From NCBI GenBank assembly GCA_963800545.1, contig CAWDBJ010000002.1, forward strand, positions 1,379 to 65,378: a stretch of 64,000 bases of DNA, in the 5' to 3' direction. Position 1 is the first letter of the stretch. Each line of letters opens with the position of its first letter. The position numbers were made by a program, and so were the translations under genes. The notes beneath the pieces were generated by a model that worked only from the letters and a program-made list of their open reading frames with translations, searched no databases and was not told where the DNA came from. The DNA comes from an uncultured Solirubrobacteraceae bacterium. Lineage in GTDB: Bacteria; Actinomycetota; Thermoleophilia; Solirubrobacterales; Solirubrobacteraceae. This document shows, piece by piece, positions 22,722 through 34,212 of this stretch.

Positions 22722-24300
22722 CGCAGGTTGGCCTTGACCTTGCCGTCGTTGACCGCGACGCCCTGGACCTTGGCCTGCTCCTGGATCGCCTTGAGCGCGC
22801 CGGAGGCCGCGCCCACCCACTGGGCCTTGGCCGCGGGGGTGGTCAGGCCGCCCGAGTTGGTGCTCGACAGCGGGCCGCTGGTGGGGGTGGGAGGGTGGTG
22901 ATCGCCGGCTGGGTCTCACAGGGGAGGTTCTCCTCGTAGGCGGGGCGCTTGCCGCCCGGCGGCAGCGTCGGCTGCACCGCGTCCAGCTGGGAGAGCGCCT
23001 GGCCGAACAGGCCCGGCGACAGCGAGTAGGTCAGGGTGCCGCCGGTGCCGAGGATGCGGATGTAGGGGCCGTTGGCGTCGAAGTCGCGCGACTCGCCGGC
23101 CAGGCCCGGGAGGTAGTCGACGGCCTCGATGTAGACCTTGCGCGGCGGGAAGCCGTTGGCGGCGGTGAAGTGGGAGTCCGGCACGGTCAGCTCCGTCCAC
23201 GGGTGGATGACGTTGACCACGCAGCTCGAGGCGGGACGGACCTGGTCGCGCATCAGCGGGATCGTGTCCTTGGTCAGCGTGGCCAGCGCCGGGACGGTCA
23301 CCTTGAGGTCGGCGGTCAGCCCGCGCAGCTCGGACGGCTGGACGAGCGCGTTGAGCTGGCTGATGAACGGCAGGCTGGCGTCCACCGTCCGGGGGGTCGA
23401 CTTGACGCCCGGGATGAGCGCGCGCGACAGCCGGCGCAGCGGCGGGAAGGCGGCGTTGAGCGCGTTGAACGCCGGCATCGCCGCCTGGAGCGTGCGCGGC
23501 AGCTGGATGACCGTGTTCTGCAGGGACGTGTTGACGCGCGCGAACGCGTTGGCGGTCGTGTTGAAGTCGGTGATGAGGCTCTCCAGCCGCTGCGGATGGG
23601 CGTCGATGGCCCCGGCCACCGGGCCGCCGGCGGCGATCCAGTTCGAGAGGTCGTGGGGCTTGAGGCCGAGGGCGTCGTGGGCGACGATCGAGGTGTACTC
23701 GTAGGCCGGCAGCCAGTACTGGATCGAGTGGTTGTAGGCGGGGCCGCCGACCTTGACCGCCTTGCCGTACTGCTGGAGCAGCGTCTGCAGGTTCTGGCGG
23801 GTGTTGGACTGCAGGCCGGTCAGCACCTGGTCGAACTGGACGGGCTCGATCCCCTGCTGGATCGGGGAAGGTGTAGCCCTGCTTGGCGACCGGCGCCGAG
23901 GGCGTGCCCGGCGAGACGTCGACGAAGAAGTTGCCCTCGAGGAAGATCCGGGGGCGGATCGCGAACGTCGCGTTGCGGTGGATCGGCAGGCCCTGGTCGG
24001 TGATCGTCATCGACACCTCGGCGGCGTGGCAGAGGCTCTGGTCCTTGCTGTTGGGCTTGCAGCCGGGCTCGGGGGCCACCTTGGAGACCGTGCCGACGTT
24101 GACGCCGGCGATCCGCACGAACGACCCGGGCTGCAGGCCGTTGGCGTTGGCGAAGGTCGGCGTTGAGCGTGAACTGGGAGGCGAACGGGTTGGCGAACTT
24201 CGTGTAGGCCAGATAGGAGAACACGATCACGACGACGATCCCGATCGCCCCGGCGGCGAACTTGCTCATTCCCTTGCGGCGCTTGCGCTTGACGTCTCAT
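22718..24300 (-). CDS. Mce/MlaD family protein 4
   Basis: VRIAGVNVGTV, IRPRIFLEGNFFVDVSPG; ATGA overlaps at both ends. Confidence 0.88.
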
Positions 24301-25849
24301 GGGTTCGTCGGGTTGTAGGCCAGCTGCGGGCCGGTCTGGGGGTTGCGGGTGAACGTCTCGCCGGCGGGGACCCGGGCGCGGCCGGCGAAGGTCGGACCCT
24401 GGTCGCCCGGGCGTGTGGGCGTCGGTGGCCAGGTTGCGGCCCTGCGGGTCGAGGTAGTTGAGCTTCTTGGGGTAGCCGCGCTGGCCGGTCTCGCAGTCGG
24501 CGTTGCCCTGGTTGTCGATGGCCGCGCCGTACGCCTGGGCGTGCAGGAACTCGTCGCCGCCGGTGAGCACGCGAGGTGCTGCCGCCGCCGTTGACCGGGC
24601 GCGGTCGCGCCCGCGTGCCGACGCTGTTGGGCTGCAGCGGGTTGCCCATGTTGAGCAGCGACCCGCTGGGCGAAGCCGAAGCTCGTCTGCTCGGAGATGT
24701 GCTCGACTGAGATAGGTCCAGAAGTAGTTCCAGTAGTCACACACCGTCTGGTACGGGACCAGGTAGCGGATCATCGGGTTCAGGATCGCGACCGTGCTCT
24801 GCAGCCCGTTGATGGCGACGTTGGTGCCCGGCGCCTGGGACAGGTTCTTCAGCGCGGTCATCACCCCCTGCAGACCGCGTGTTGAGCGACCGGCGTGCGG
24901 ATCAACGTCTGGGTGCCCTGCTCAATCGCCGGGTTGATGATCGGCAGCGACGACTTCAGCGACGCCGTCGCCGGCGCCAACTGCTTGCCCAGCGTGTTGA
25001 AATCGACCAGGAACGGCCGCTGGACCTTCAGCGAGTCGATCGACACATCCTCCGTCTGCGGTGACTTGGCGATCGTCTGCTCCAGCGCGTTGGGGTCACG
25101 GCCGATCGCCTCAAAGGTCGTCGCCATATCCGTGAACAGCCGCGCGTTGACGCGGCCACCGGCGCGACCGTGCCCATGAACCCCTCGAGGTTGTTCAGCA
25201 GCCGCGTCAGCTGGGTGTTCGGGGTCCGACAGATAGGCCGCCACCGGCTGCAGATGCCCCAACAGCGACGGCAGGCTCGCGATCGTGTCGTTCAGCGCCG
25301 AGCCCCGGCCCGCCAACGCATCGCCGAACCCGACCAGATTCTCATCGATCGCCTTACGCGTCTTGCCATCAAACGCCTGAAAGACATCCTCGAACTGGAC
25401 CGGCACCCGCGTCTGGGTGATCGGCATCGTCGCGCCGTCCGAGAACACCTTCTTCGAGGTCCCAGATGCAGGTCGACGAACTTCAGCCCCAGCGCCGACC
25501 GCGGCCGGATCGCGGCCGTCGAGTTGACCGGAACGTTGCCGTAGGCCTTCTGCAGCTGCAGCGTCAGCTGCGCCGCGATCTGACCGCTCTTGAGCTGGAT
25601 CGGCTTGAGCTCCTGCACCAGCCCGATCCGGAAGCCACCCTCGCGGACCTCGTTGCCGGCCACCAGATCAGACCCCGACGGCGATATCGACCTTCAACTC
25701 CCGCGTCGGCACGAACGGCAGCCCGTTATTCGCGTTATAGGACAGGAAGACGGCCACCATGATCACCAGCAGCGGTCATCGCGCCCACCAGCACCGGGTT
25801 GGTGAACGCCGACTGGCGGTTGCGCTCTGCTCTTGCCGTCGCGGCTCAT
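24297..25849 (-). CDS. Mce/MlaD family protein 3
   Basis: YNANNGLPFVPT, GNEVREGGFRIG, RPRSALGLKFVDL; several frameshifts. Confidence 0.85.
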
Positions 25850-27673
25850 GGGGCGAGGAGGTAGTTGAGGAGCGAGGTGGCCTGGCCGGCGCTGGTCGCC
25901 GTCGACCGGAGGAGCCCGCGCTCGCCGGCTGCGAGCCGCGGACTGGCGGCGCTTGCGCTCGGTGTCGTGGCGCGACATGCCGCCGAGCAGCTGGTTGAGC
26001 GTCTGGCCGAGGCTGATCGGCGGGCCGGTGGTCGTCGTCGGCGCCGGCGCCGCCCCCGGCCGTGGTGGTGGTCGTGCTGGTGCTCGTCGTCGTGCGGTGC
26101 TCGCCGGGGGCGGTCGTGCCCGGCGCGGCCGCGGTCGTCGTCGAGGTCGCGCTGGCGCTCGTCGTGGTGGTGCTCGACAGCGTCGTCGGCGTCTGGCTCG
26201 TGGTGCTCGTGGTGCTCGAGGAGCCCTGGCTCGAGGCCTTGGCGCCCGGTGCACGACGTCCTTGTTCTCCACCATGGCGGCCGTCAGCTTGCGGGCGCTG
26301 GTGGCGACCGGCCCTGGCCGGGCGGCTCGCCGCCGGGGTCGGGGACGGCGGCGCTCGGGTCCGACGGGTCGGTCTCGTTGACGCCCGGCTGGTTGGGGCC
26401 CAGCCACGAGTAGCACTGGCGGAACTGGGCGCCGTACTGCTTGATCGCCAGCGCGATCGTAGGCGGGCGTCGCGTAGGCGGAGCACATCGTGCTGGCGAA
26501 CGCGTCGACCGCCAGGATGTGGCCCTCGGGGCCGTAGGTGTTGATCGCCAGCGCCTGGTTGAAGACGTAGCCGAGCAGCGCCTGCAGGCCGGTGAAGCCG
26601 TTGCCGCCGGGGCTGCGCGGATCGCGCTCGACCGCCCGGCTCGGGTCGTCGAGGTCATGCAGGACGATCGCCAGGTTGCCGGCCAGCTCCGGGGTCGGCT
26701 TGGCGAACGGCGTTGAGGTCCTTGACCGTCGGCGTGGCCGCGGTGACCGCCGCCTTGCCGGTGACCGAGGCCTGGCCGAGCGATCTGATCGCCGGCCGCG
26801 CCGAGCGCGAGAAGGCCGGCAGGTCGGTGAACAGCCGGTTGAGCTGGCCCGAGGCGGCGTGCAGGTTGTTGAGCACCGGCTGGTTGGTGTCCACCGTGGT
26901 GCCCAGCTGCTTGAGCGTCGGGCGCAGCTGCGTGAGCAGCGCGGGCAGCCGCTGGATGCGTGCCGCGCAGGTTCTGCTGCTGGGTGGCGGTGGCCGTCGC
27001 CGTCCTGCCCGCCTCGTCGATGAAGCGGTTGACCTGGGCGCTGTTGTTGGCCAGGGCGGTGATGACGCTGTCGGAGTCGCGGGTGAGGTTCTGGAGCGTC
27101 GTCGAGTCGTTGCCCAGCAGCGAGAGCAGGTTGTCGGTCTGGGTCAGCGCCGGCACGGCCCGGCGCAGCGCCGCCTGCAGGTCGCCCGAGCGCGCGGCCG
27201 CCGCGGCGCCGAGCTCGTTGACGATCAGCGTGAAGCGCTGGCGGTAGGGCATCCGCATGACGTTCTGGACGAGGTCGGCGGGGATCGTCGACTGCGTGTG
27301 GGAGACCGGGATCGTCCCGCCCGGCTTGATCACCGGACCCGAGCTGCCCGGGTTGCAGTCGATGAAGTACTCGCCGATCAGCGACTCGGGCCGCGAGTCG
27401 CAGGTCGCGTCGGTGTGGAACTGGCCGAAGCCGGCGCTCTTGATCTGGACGGTGACCACCGCGTGGAGGGACTTCTGGTCCAGCCGATCGTACTTGATCG
27501 TGCCCGCGGGCACGCCGGCGACCTTGAAGTCGGCGCCGGTGACCAGGCCGAAGGCGTTGTCGAGCTCGATCTTGTAGGTCCCGGCGGAGCTGCTCTTCTT
27601 GGCGCCGGTGGCGATCAACGACGAAGCCGACGACGGCCACGGCGAGGATCGCTGAGACGAGAACCCGTTTCAA
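25846..27673 (-). CDS. Mce/MlaD family protein 2 with Thr/Ser-rich C-terminal tail
   Basis: DNAFGLVTGADFKVAGVPAGTI, RPESLIGEYFIDCNPG. Confidence 0.87.
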
Positions 27674-29144
27674 TTGCCCGTGGGGATCTCGGACGGGATT
27701 ACAGGGGAAGCCACTCTCGGGGTAGTAGATGGCGCCCCGTTCCGCCGAGCCCGGGCAGCGGTCGCCCTGGCCGGTGACGAGCAGGCCCTGCGAGTTGCTG
27801 GGGTTGCCGCCGCTGCCGCTGCCGCTGCCCAGCCCGAGGATCCCGCCCAGGCCGCCGATGTTGCCCAGGCCCCCGAAGGCGAGGACGCCGCGCAGCGTCG
27901 GGTCAAGCAGCGAGGGCAGGAGGTTGAGCACGCCGTTCTCGATCGAGCCGACGCCGATGACCGGAGCGATGCGGCTCGAGCCGCCGTTGGCGTCGATCGT
28001 GCCGGGGTGGGTGTAGCCCTCGAACCAGCCGGTCAGATCGACGGCATAGGGGCGGGCGGTGGCCAGCTGCGGGGTGGACTCGTTCAGCGCCTGTGGTCGA
28101 CTCCGGGAAGGCGCCGGGCCGCAGCTTGCCGTTGGCGGTGACGTCCTGGACGGTCGCCGCCGACAGCGGCACGCCCAGCTTGACGAGGTCGATCAGGTCG
28201 TTGGCGGCGCCCTTGCGGTGGATGATGTCCGACAGGTCGTTGAGGGTCGGCACGGAGTTGCGGGCGAGCGGGCGCAGCTGCACGAGCAGCTTCTGCAGCT
28301 TGGGGGCCACCGGCTTGGAGGCGTCGACGAGCGGCTTGAGGTCGTCCAGCGCGCCCCGCAGGTTGACGAAGGTCGTGTTGGCCACGCGCATGAAACCCGG
28401 CAGCCGCTGCAGCGACTGGGCGAGCGAGGTCCGCTGAGCGGCCAGCGCCTCCGTGGTGGTCGCCAGGTGCTGGATGAGGGCGCTCAGGTCGGCGCTGCGC
28501 GAGGAGGCGTCTGTGACGAGGTTGCCGGTCTTGACGATGAAGTTCGTGAACTGGCCGGTGTTGCGGTTGAGCTCCCGGAACAGCGCCGACGAGGAGGCGA
28601 TCGCCGGGTTGAGGTAGGCCAGGGCGGCCTGCATCGCCTTGCCCTCGACCCTTGACCTGAGATGCCGACCCCTGGAAGACGTCCTGCAGACCCTTGCGGG
28701 TGGGGCCGTTGAGGGTGTTGAAGATCTGGTCGAGATCGACCTCGGAGGTGGTGCTGGCCGCCGGGATCGTCCCCGCCGTCGGGGATCTTCGCGCCGCTCG
28801 GCGGACCCGGGCGGATGTCGACGTAGCGGTTGGCGATCCCCGACAGCGAGGCCTCGCGGATGGTCGCCGTCGTGCCCTGCGCGCAGCGGGTCGTAGTTCT
28901 GCTTGTTGATCGACAGCGTCAGCTGCGCCTGGCCGTCGGGCGTCAGCGCGATGCCCGACACCGTCCCGATCGGGCTGCCGGCGACGTCGACGAGGTCGCC
29001 GGAGACGATCTGGCTGGCGTTCTGGAAGACCGCCTTGACCGTGTAGGACTGACCGCCCGAGAGCACGATGATGGCCACCGCGGCGATCGCCACCGCGACA
29101 GCCGCGATCGCGGCAACGCGGACGATCAGACTCGTGGTGCGCAC
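27670..29144 (-). CDS. Mce/MlaD family protein 1
   Basis: FQNASQIVSGDLVDVAGSPIGTV, REASLSGIANRYV. Confidence 0.88.
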
Positions 29145-29322
29145 AGCCCGGACCTGTTCAAAAGGGGATCTCCTCCGGCGCGAGTCAAGAGGAGCGTTGA
29201 CCCCCGCGAATAGGAGCGCGAAGCTAGCAAGGGGCTCATTGCACTGTCAATTGGTAACCGTCGCGCGCGAGTCGGCTCCCGCTTGGCCGCCGACGCCTGA
29301 GCCGATAGCGTCTGAGCGGCCC

Positions 29323-29407
29323 GCCCGGGTGGTGGAATCTGGTTAGACACGGTCGCCTTAAGAGCGACTGCCTTCGTGGCATGAGGGTTCGAGTCCCTCC
29401 CCGGGTA
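29323..29407 (+). tRNA. tRNA-Leu, anticodon TAA
   Basis: Acceptor gcccggg/cccgggt, anticodon arm gtcgc-cttaaga-gcgac, long variable arm, T loop ggttcgagtcc; CCA not encoded. Confidence 0.95.
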
Positions 29408-29562
29408 TTCCTTCACCACCATCGTCGACTCCTCCGGTTACGTCCGGCTCATCCAGGCCACATGTCCTGAATCGAAATCCGGGGCAAATCCTTGCGGAAA
29501 ACCGCAACTTCTGCGCTGCTAGCGTGTCGCCAGCATCAGGAAGGAGTCTCGTTCCGACCCCC

Positions 29563-31251
29563 ATGGAAGTCTCAGCGCTGAAATATTCCGGCGGGATCGG
29601 GCTGCACGGACGCTCACCGTTGCTGCGCCTGCAGTCCGACGAGCGGCTGATCGTCCTCATCCGCCGCGGGAATACGGCTGCCTTCGAGATGCTCGTCAGC
29701 CGCTACGAATCGCGGCTGCTGGCCTTCTGCCGTCATCTGCTCGGCTCCCGCGAGGACGCCGAGGATGTCCTGCAGGAGGTGCTGACCGCCGCCTTCAACG
29801 CGATCCTCGCCGACGAGCGGCCGATCAACGTCCGCCCCTGGCTGTACCGGATCGCCCGCAACCGCAGCCTCAACCACCTGCGGCGCATCCAGGCGATCGG
29901 CGTGGACTCGATGGACCACCACTTCTCCGAGCACGGCGCCTCGACCGCGGACAAGGTCCACGAGCGCGAGGAGTTCCGGATGCTCGTCGGCGACATCCAC
30001 GATCTCCCGGAGACCCAGAGGACCGCGCTCGTCCTGCGCGAGATGGACGCCCTCTCCTACGAGCAGATCGCCGAGGCGATGGAGACGACGGTGCCCAGCG
30101 TCAAGTCGCTCCTCGTGCGCGCGCGGGTATCGCTGGCCGAGGCCGCCGAGGCCCGGCTGCTCTCCTGCGACGACGTCCGCGTCGAGCTGGCCGAGGTTGC
30201 CGAGGGGCTCCAGCGCCGGCCCAGCCCGCTCGTCCGCCGCCATCTGCGCGACTGCAAGCGCTGCAAGGTCTTCCAGGGCCAGCTCAAGCAGACCAACAAG
30301 GCGCTGGCGGCGCTGCTTGCCGATCGGTCCGCTTGTCGTCCTGCGCAAGTTCGCGCTCGTGCACCTCAGCCACTCGGCCGGCTCGGGCGCCACCGCCGCC
30401 GGTTCCGGAGCCTCCGGGGCCGGCGGGTGCGGGCGCCGCGGGCGCCGCCGGCGCGGGAGCCGCCGGCGCGGCGGCCGGCGCGGGCGCGCTGGCCAGCTCG
30501 AGCGGCCTGCTCTCGGCCGGAGTCGGCGCGCTCGCCGGCAAGGCCGCCGCCGGACTGGCCGCGGCCGCCCTGGTGACCGCCGGAGCCGTCGAGGTCGACC
30601 ACCATTCCACCGTCCGTCACGCGGCGCATCCGCCGGTGGCCGCCGCGACCACCGTGGCCGCGGCCCCCGCGCAGCCGACGACCGTCGCCGCCGCGCCCCG
30701 CCCGGTGCAACAGGACGTGACCGTCCGCCCGGCGCACCGCCACCACCTCACGGCGGCGAGCACCGCCAAGCGGTCGGCCACCAAGACCGTGACGGCGGCA
30801 GCCGTCGACCACGCCGACGACCAGCTCGACCACCACCAGCGCGAGCTCCGACGACGCCGGCCGCCACGACGCCGACGCCGGCTCCGGGCCGCACCCAGAC
30901 CCAGCAGGACCCGACGGTGCTGCCGCCCACGACGACGACGCCGGCTCCCACGATGGGCACGCCGCCCTCCGCGCCCGTCATCCCGACGCCGCCGACCACG
31001 CCGGCCCCGGCGCCCCCGACCACGACGACGCCGACGACAGAGACGACGCCGACGACCACACCACGGCCCCCACGACGACCACCACCGCGCCGACGACGAC
31101 CTCGACACCCAGCACCGGGACGGGCACGACGACCACCCCCACGACCACCGGGACGACGACCGCGCCGAGCACCACCACGGCGCCGACGACGACCAGCCAG
31201 ACCGTCACCTCGCCGACCGTCACCACTCCCGTCACGACGACCACGCCGTAG
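29563..31251 (+). CDS. ECF sigma factor fused to a ZAS zinc domain, a TM segment and a Pro/Thr-rich tail
   Basis: Region 2 (DAEDVLQE, WLYRIARN), region 4 (LSYEQIAEAM), HLRDCKRC, Ala/Gly-rich hydrophobic stretch, PT-rich tail across frameshifts. Confidence 0.85.
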
Positions 31252-31259
31252 GACCCCCG

Positions 31260-31589
31260 GTGATCGACTTCGATCACTTCATGGAGGTCGACATGCGGAT
31301 CGGCCGGGTGATCGCGGTCGAGGACTTCCCGGAGGCCCGCCGGCCGGCCTGGAAGCTGACCATCGACTTCGGGCCGGAGATCGGGACCAAGCGCTCCTCG
31401 GCCCAGATCACCCATTACACGCGCGAGGAGCTCGAGGGCACGCTCGTCACCGCGGTCGTCAACTTCCCGCCGCGCCAGATCGGGCCCTTCATGTCCGAGG
31501 TGCTCGTGCTGGGCGCGCTGGACCCCGAGCGCGGCGTGGTGCTGCTGCGGCCCGACCGCGGCGCCGAGCCGGGCGCGCGGATCGGCTGA
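31260..31589 (+). CDS. csaA: CsaA-type tRNA-binding protein/chaperone
   Basis: FMEVDMRIGRV, KRSSAQIT.HY, VNFPPRQIGPFMSEVLVLG. Confidence 0.9.
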   Translation: MIDFDHFMEVDMRIGRVIAVEDFPEARRPAWKLTIDFGPEIGTKRSSAQITHYTREELEGTLVTAVVNFPPRQIGPFMSEVLVLGALDPERGVVLLRPDRGAEPGARIG

Positions 31590-31599
31590 GCCGGGACGG

Positions 31600-32170
31600 C
31601 TACGGACCGGGGACGGAGCCGACGACGACCGTCGCCCGCTTGGCCCCGTCGATGCTCAGGGTGTAGGTGCCCGTTGGGCGCGCCGGTGAGGTCCGTCGTC
31701 GTGTGCCCCGAGGCGGGGACGCTGACCGCCTTGAAGTGCGGGACGGAGAGCATCACCTGGTGAGGCTTGGCGTCATGGTTGGTCAGCTGCAGCTCGATGC
31801 GGACGTTGGGCGGCAGCGAGATGCTCGGCGGGGTGACCGATCCACCGCTGCCGATGACGAAGGCGGCGGGGATGCGCACCTCCGTGTCGGGCTTGATCGG
31901 TTTGCTGCGCTTGGGAGCTTTGCTCGTGGGGGCCTCGGGCGCGGTCGTCGACGCCGAGCTCGTCGTCGGGCCGACGGTCACCGTGCTGGCCGGCGACTCC
32001 CCACTGACCGTGTAGGTCGCCGTCGTCGGCTTGACGGCCTTCGGAGCCGTCGGTCGTCGAGCGTCGTGGCTCGCGCTGCTCGAGGAGGTGCTCTTCGAGC
32101 CGCCGCACCCGGCAATGGCGAGAGCGGCGACCGCGAGGACGGCGGCGGCACGAGCGCGTCGTCGGGGCAT
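31600..32170 (-). CDS. lipoprotein with cupredoxin-like C-terminal domain
   Basis: Lipobox IAGC, Ser/Thr linker, VTPPSISLP...LTNHDAKPH. Confidence 0.6.
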
Positions 32171-32188
32171 CGGGGCACTATAGGCCGC

Positions 32189-33268
32189 GTGCCCGTCGCC
32201 CTGGTCACCACCTTCCTCAGCGATTACCGGCTGCCGCTCTACCGCCTGCTGGCCGAGCGCTACGGAGTCGAGGTCCTCTGCTACGGGCGCGGCGAGCGCT
32301 ATGCGCCGCCGTGGTTCTCAGACCTCGACCGCCAACTGGCGGCCGCCGACTTCCCGGCCCGGCGGCTCGTCGGCGGGCCGCGGGCGGCGATGGGTCTCGG
32401 GCGCCACTATGACGCGGTCATCGCCCCGTTCGCCGGCGGGTCGATGCTTCCGGCCGCCTACGCCGGGGCTCGGCTGTTCGGGCGGCCGTTCGTCCTGTGG
32501 GCGTCCGTGTGGCATCAGCCCCGCTCGCTCGTCCACGGCCTGTCGCTGCCGGTCACCCGGGGGATCTATCGCCACGCCGATGCCGTCATCGCCTACGGCG
32601 AGCACGTCCGGCGCTTCGTGGCCGCGATCCGGGGCCGCGACGACGACGTGTTCGTCGCCCCCCAGGCGGTGGAGTCGATGTTCGGCCGGCCTGTCTCAGC
32701 CGACGAGGTCGCGGCCTTCCGGGCGCGCTTCGGGCTGGGCGACGGGCCGCTGGTGCTCTACGTCGGGCGGATCACGGAGACGAAGGGGACTGACGTGCTG
32801 TTCGAGGCGGCGCCGCGGGTGCGCCATGACGCGACGATCGTCGTCATCGGCAACGTCGAGGCGGGTCCGCTGCCGTCGGGGGCGCGCTCGCTGGGCCCCC
32901 TCCCCCGCTCCGAGCTGCCGGTCGCCTACGCCGCGGCCGCGTTGACCGTCGTGCCGTCCGTCCCCACCCCCCGCTTCAAGGAGCCGTGGGGGCTGGTCGT
33001 CAACGAGGCGATGATGCAGGGGCGGCCCGTGGTGGCGACCTCGGCCGTCGGCGCGGTGGCCGGCGGGCTGCTGCGCGACGGCGTCAGCGGTCTGGTGGTC
33101 GCACCGCGCGACCCGGCCGCCCTGGCGGACGCGATCAACCGGCTGCTCGACGATCCGGCGCTGCGCGCCCGCCTCGGGGAGGTCGCCCGCCGGGCCGTCG
33201 CCCCCTACAGCTACGAGGCGATGGCCGACGGGATCGGGCGGGCGCTGGCCGCCGCGGGCGTCTATTGA
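32189..33268 (+). CDS. glycosyltransferase family 4
   Basis: LYVGRITETKG, EPWGLVVNEAM..GRPVVAT. Confidence 0.92.
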   Translation: MPVALVTTFLSDYRLPLYRLLAERYGVEVLCYGRGERYAPPWFSDLDRQLAAADFPARRLVGGPRAAMGLGRHYDAVIAPFAGGSMLPAAYAGARLFGRPFVLWASVWHQPRSLVHGLSLPVTRGIYRHADAVIAYGEHVRRFVAAIRGRDDDVFVAPQAVESMFGRPVSADEVAAFRARFGLGDGPLVLYVGRITETKGTDVLFEAAPRVRHDATIVVIGNVEAGPLPSGARSLGPLPRSELPVAYAAAALTVVPSVPTPRFKEPWGLVVNEAMMQGRPVVATSAVGAVAGGLLRDGVSGLVVAPRDPAALADAINRLLDDPALRARLGEVARRAVAPYSYEAMADGIGRALAAAGVY

Positions 33269-33537
33269 CCGACGGAGAAGAGCGCCTCGAGGTCGTGGCG
33301 CGAGTAGGCCTCGAAGGCGACCATCGTCTGCGTCCGGCGCACGCCGGGCAGCTGGGAGACCCGGCCGGTGACGACCTGCGCCAGCTGATCCTGCTCGCGC
33401 AGGCGCAGGATGGCGACGAAGTCCCACTCCCCGGTGACTGAGTAGGCCTCGGCCACCCCGTCGATGTCGGCCAGCTCCCCGCCCAGGGTGCCCAGGGCCG
33501 ACCCTTCGGCCTGGATGAGGACGATCGCGTGGGTCAT
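33262..33537 (-). CDS. Lrp/AsnC ligand-binding domain protein
   Basis: GVAEAYSVTGEWDFVAILR...GVRRTQTMVAF. Confidence 0.85.
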   Translation of the reverse strand: MTHAIVLIQAEGSALGTLGGELADIDGVAEAYSVTGEWDFVAILRLREQDQLAQVVTGRVSQLPGVRRTQTMVAFEAYSRHDLEALFSVGQ

Positions 33538-34208
33538 GCCGTGTGGGCCTGGCCGGGATCGAGCACGACGACGGTGGCGTCCAGGGCCTTCTCGACATCC
33601 GTCTGGAAGGCGCCCGCGTCGGTCTCGATCGGCGGGAAGGTGTTGTAGTGGCAGGGGATGATCGTCTTGGCGCCCACGAAGTCGGCGGCGTCGACGGCGT
33701 CATGGCGGTCCATCGTGAAGTGCCCGCCGATGGGGATGATCGAGATGTCGATCGGGTTGCGCTTGCCGACGAGCTGCAGGTCGGAGAACAGCGCCGTGTC
33801 ACCGAGGTGGTAGACGATCGTGCCGGCGAAGCTGATGAGCAGCCCGGCGGGGGTGTTGACCGTGCCCTTGGGCGTCGTCGAGGTGTGCCATGCGGGGACG
33901 AGCTTGACCCAGCCCCAGTCGGTGGTGACGGTGCCGCCGAGATTGGGGTTTGAGACCTCCAGGCCCTCCTCCTCGAGCTCGCCGGCGAGCTCCGTGATGG
34001 CGATCACCGGCGCGCCGGTGCGCTTGGCGATGGCGACGGTGTCGCCCACATGGTCGGCGTGGCCGTGGGAGAGCAGGATCGTCGTCGCCTGCACCTCGTC
34101 GGCCGACACGGCCGCCAGCGGGTTGCCGGTGAGGAACGGGTCGATGAGGATGGTCGTGTCGCCGTCAGACAGCGTGAAGGCGGCGTGGCCGAGAAAGCGC
34201 AGGTCCAT
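33534..34208 (-). CDS. metallo-beta-lactamase fold hydrolase (UPF0173)
   Basis: LGHA, IDPFLTGNP, SHGHADHVGD, YHLGDT, PIGGHFTM, HYNTFP. Confidence 0.92.
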   Translation of the reverse strand: MDLRFLGHAAFTLSDGDTTILIDPFLTGNPLAAVSADEVQATTILLSHGHADHVGDTVAIAKRTGAPVIAITELAGELEEEGLEVSNPNLGGTVTTDWGWVKLVPAWHTSTTPKGTVNTPAGLLISFAGTIVYHLGDTALFSDLQLVGKRNPIDISIIPIGGHFTMDRHDAVDAADFVGAKTIIPCHYNTFPPIETDAGAFQTDVEKALDATVVVLDPGQAHTA

Positions 34209-34212
34209 GGGG

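Noticed and set aside
29323-29560. tRNA-Leu as an integration site for an island or prophage
   Set aside because: No integrase and no duplicated tRNA 3' end were seen in the window.
30850-31250. ACG/ACC-rich repeats here, at 26030-26230 and at 42940-43090 as CRISPR or other DNA arrays
   Set aside because: They are low-complexity Thr/Pro/Ala coding tails with no constant repeat-spacer period.
32189-33268. Glycosyltransferase near selD as the selenoneine enzyme SenB
   Set aside because: It looks like an ordinary GT4, is not in an operon with selD, and no SenA/EgtB-like gene is present.
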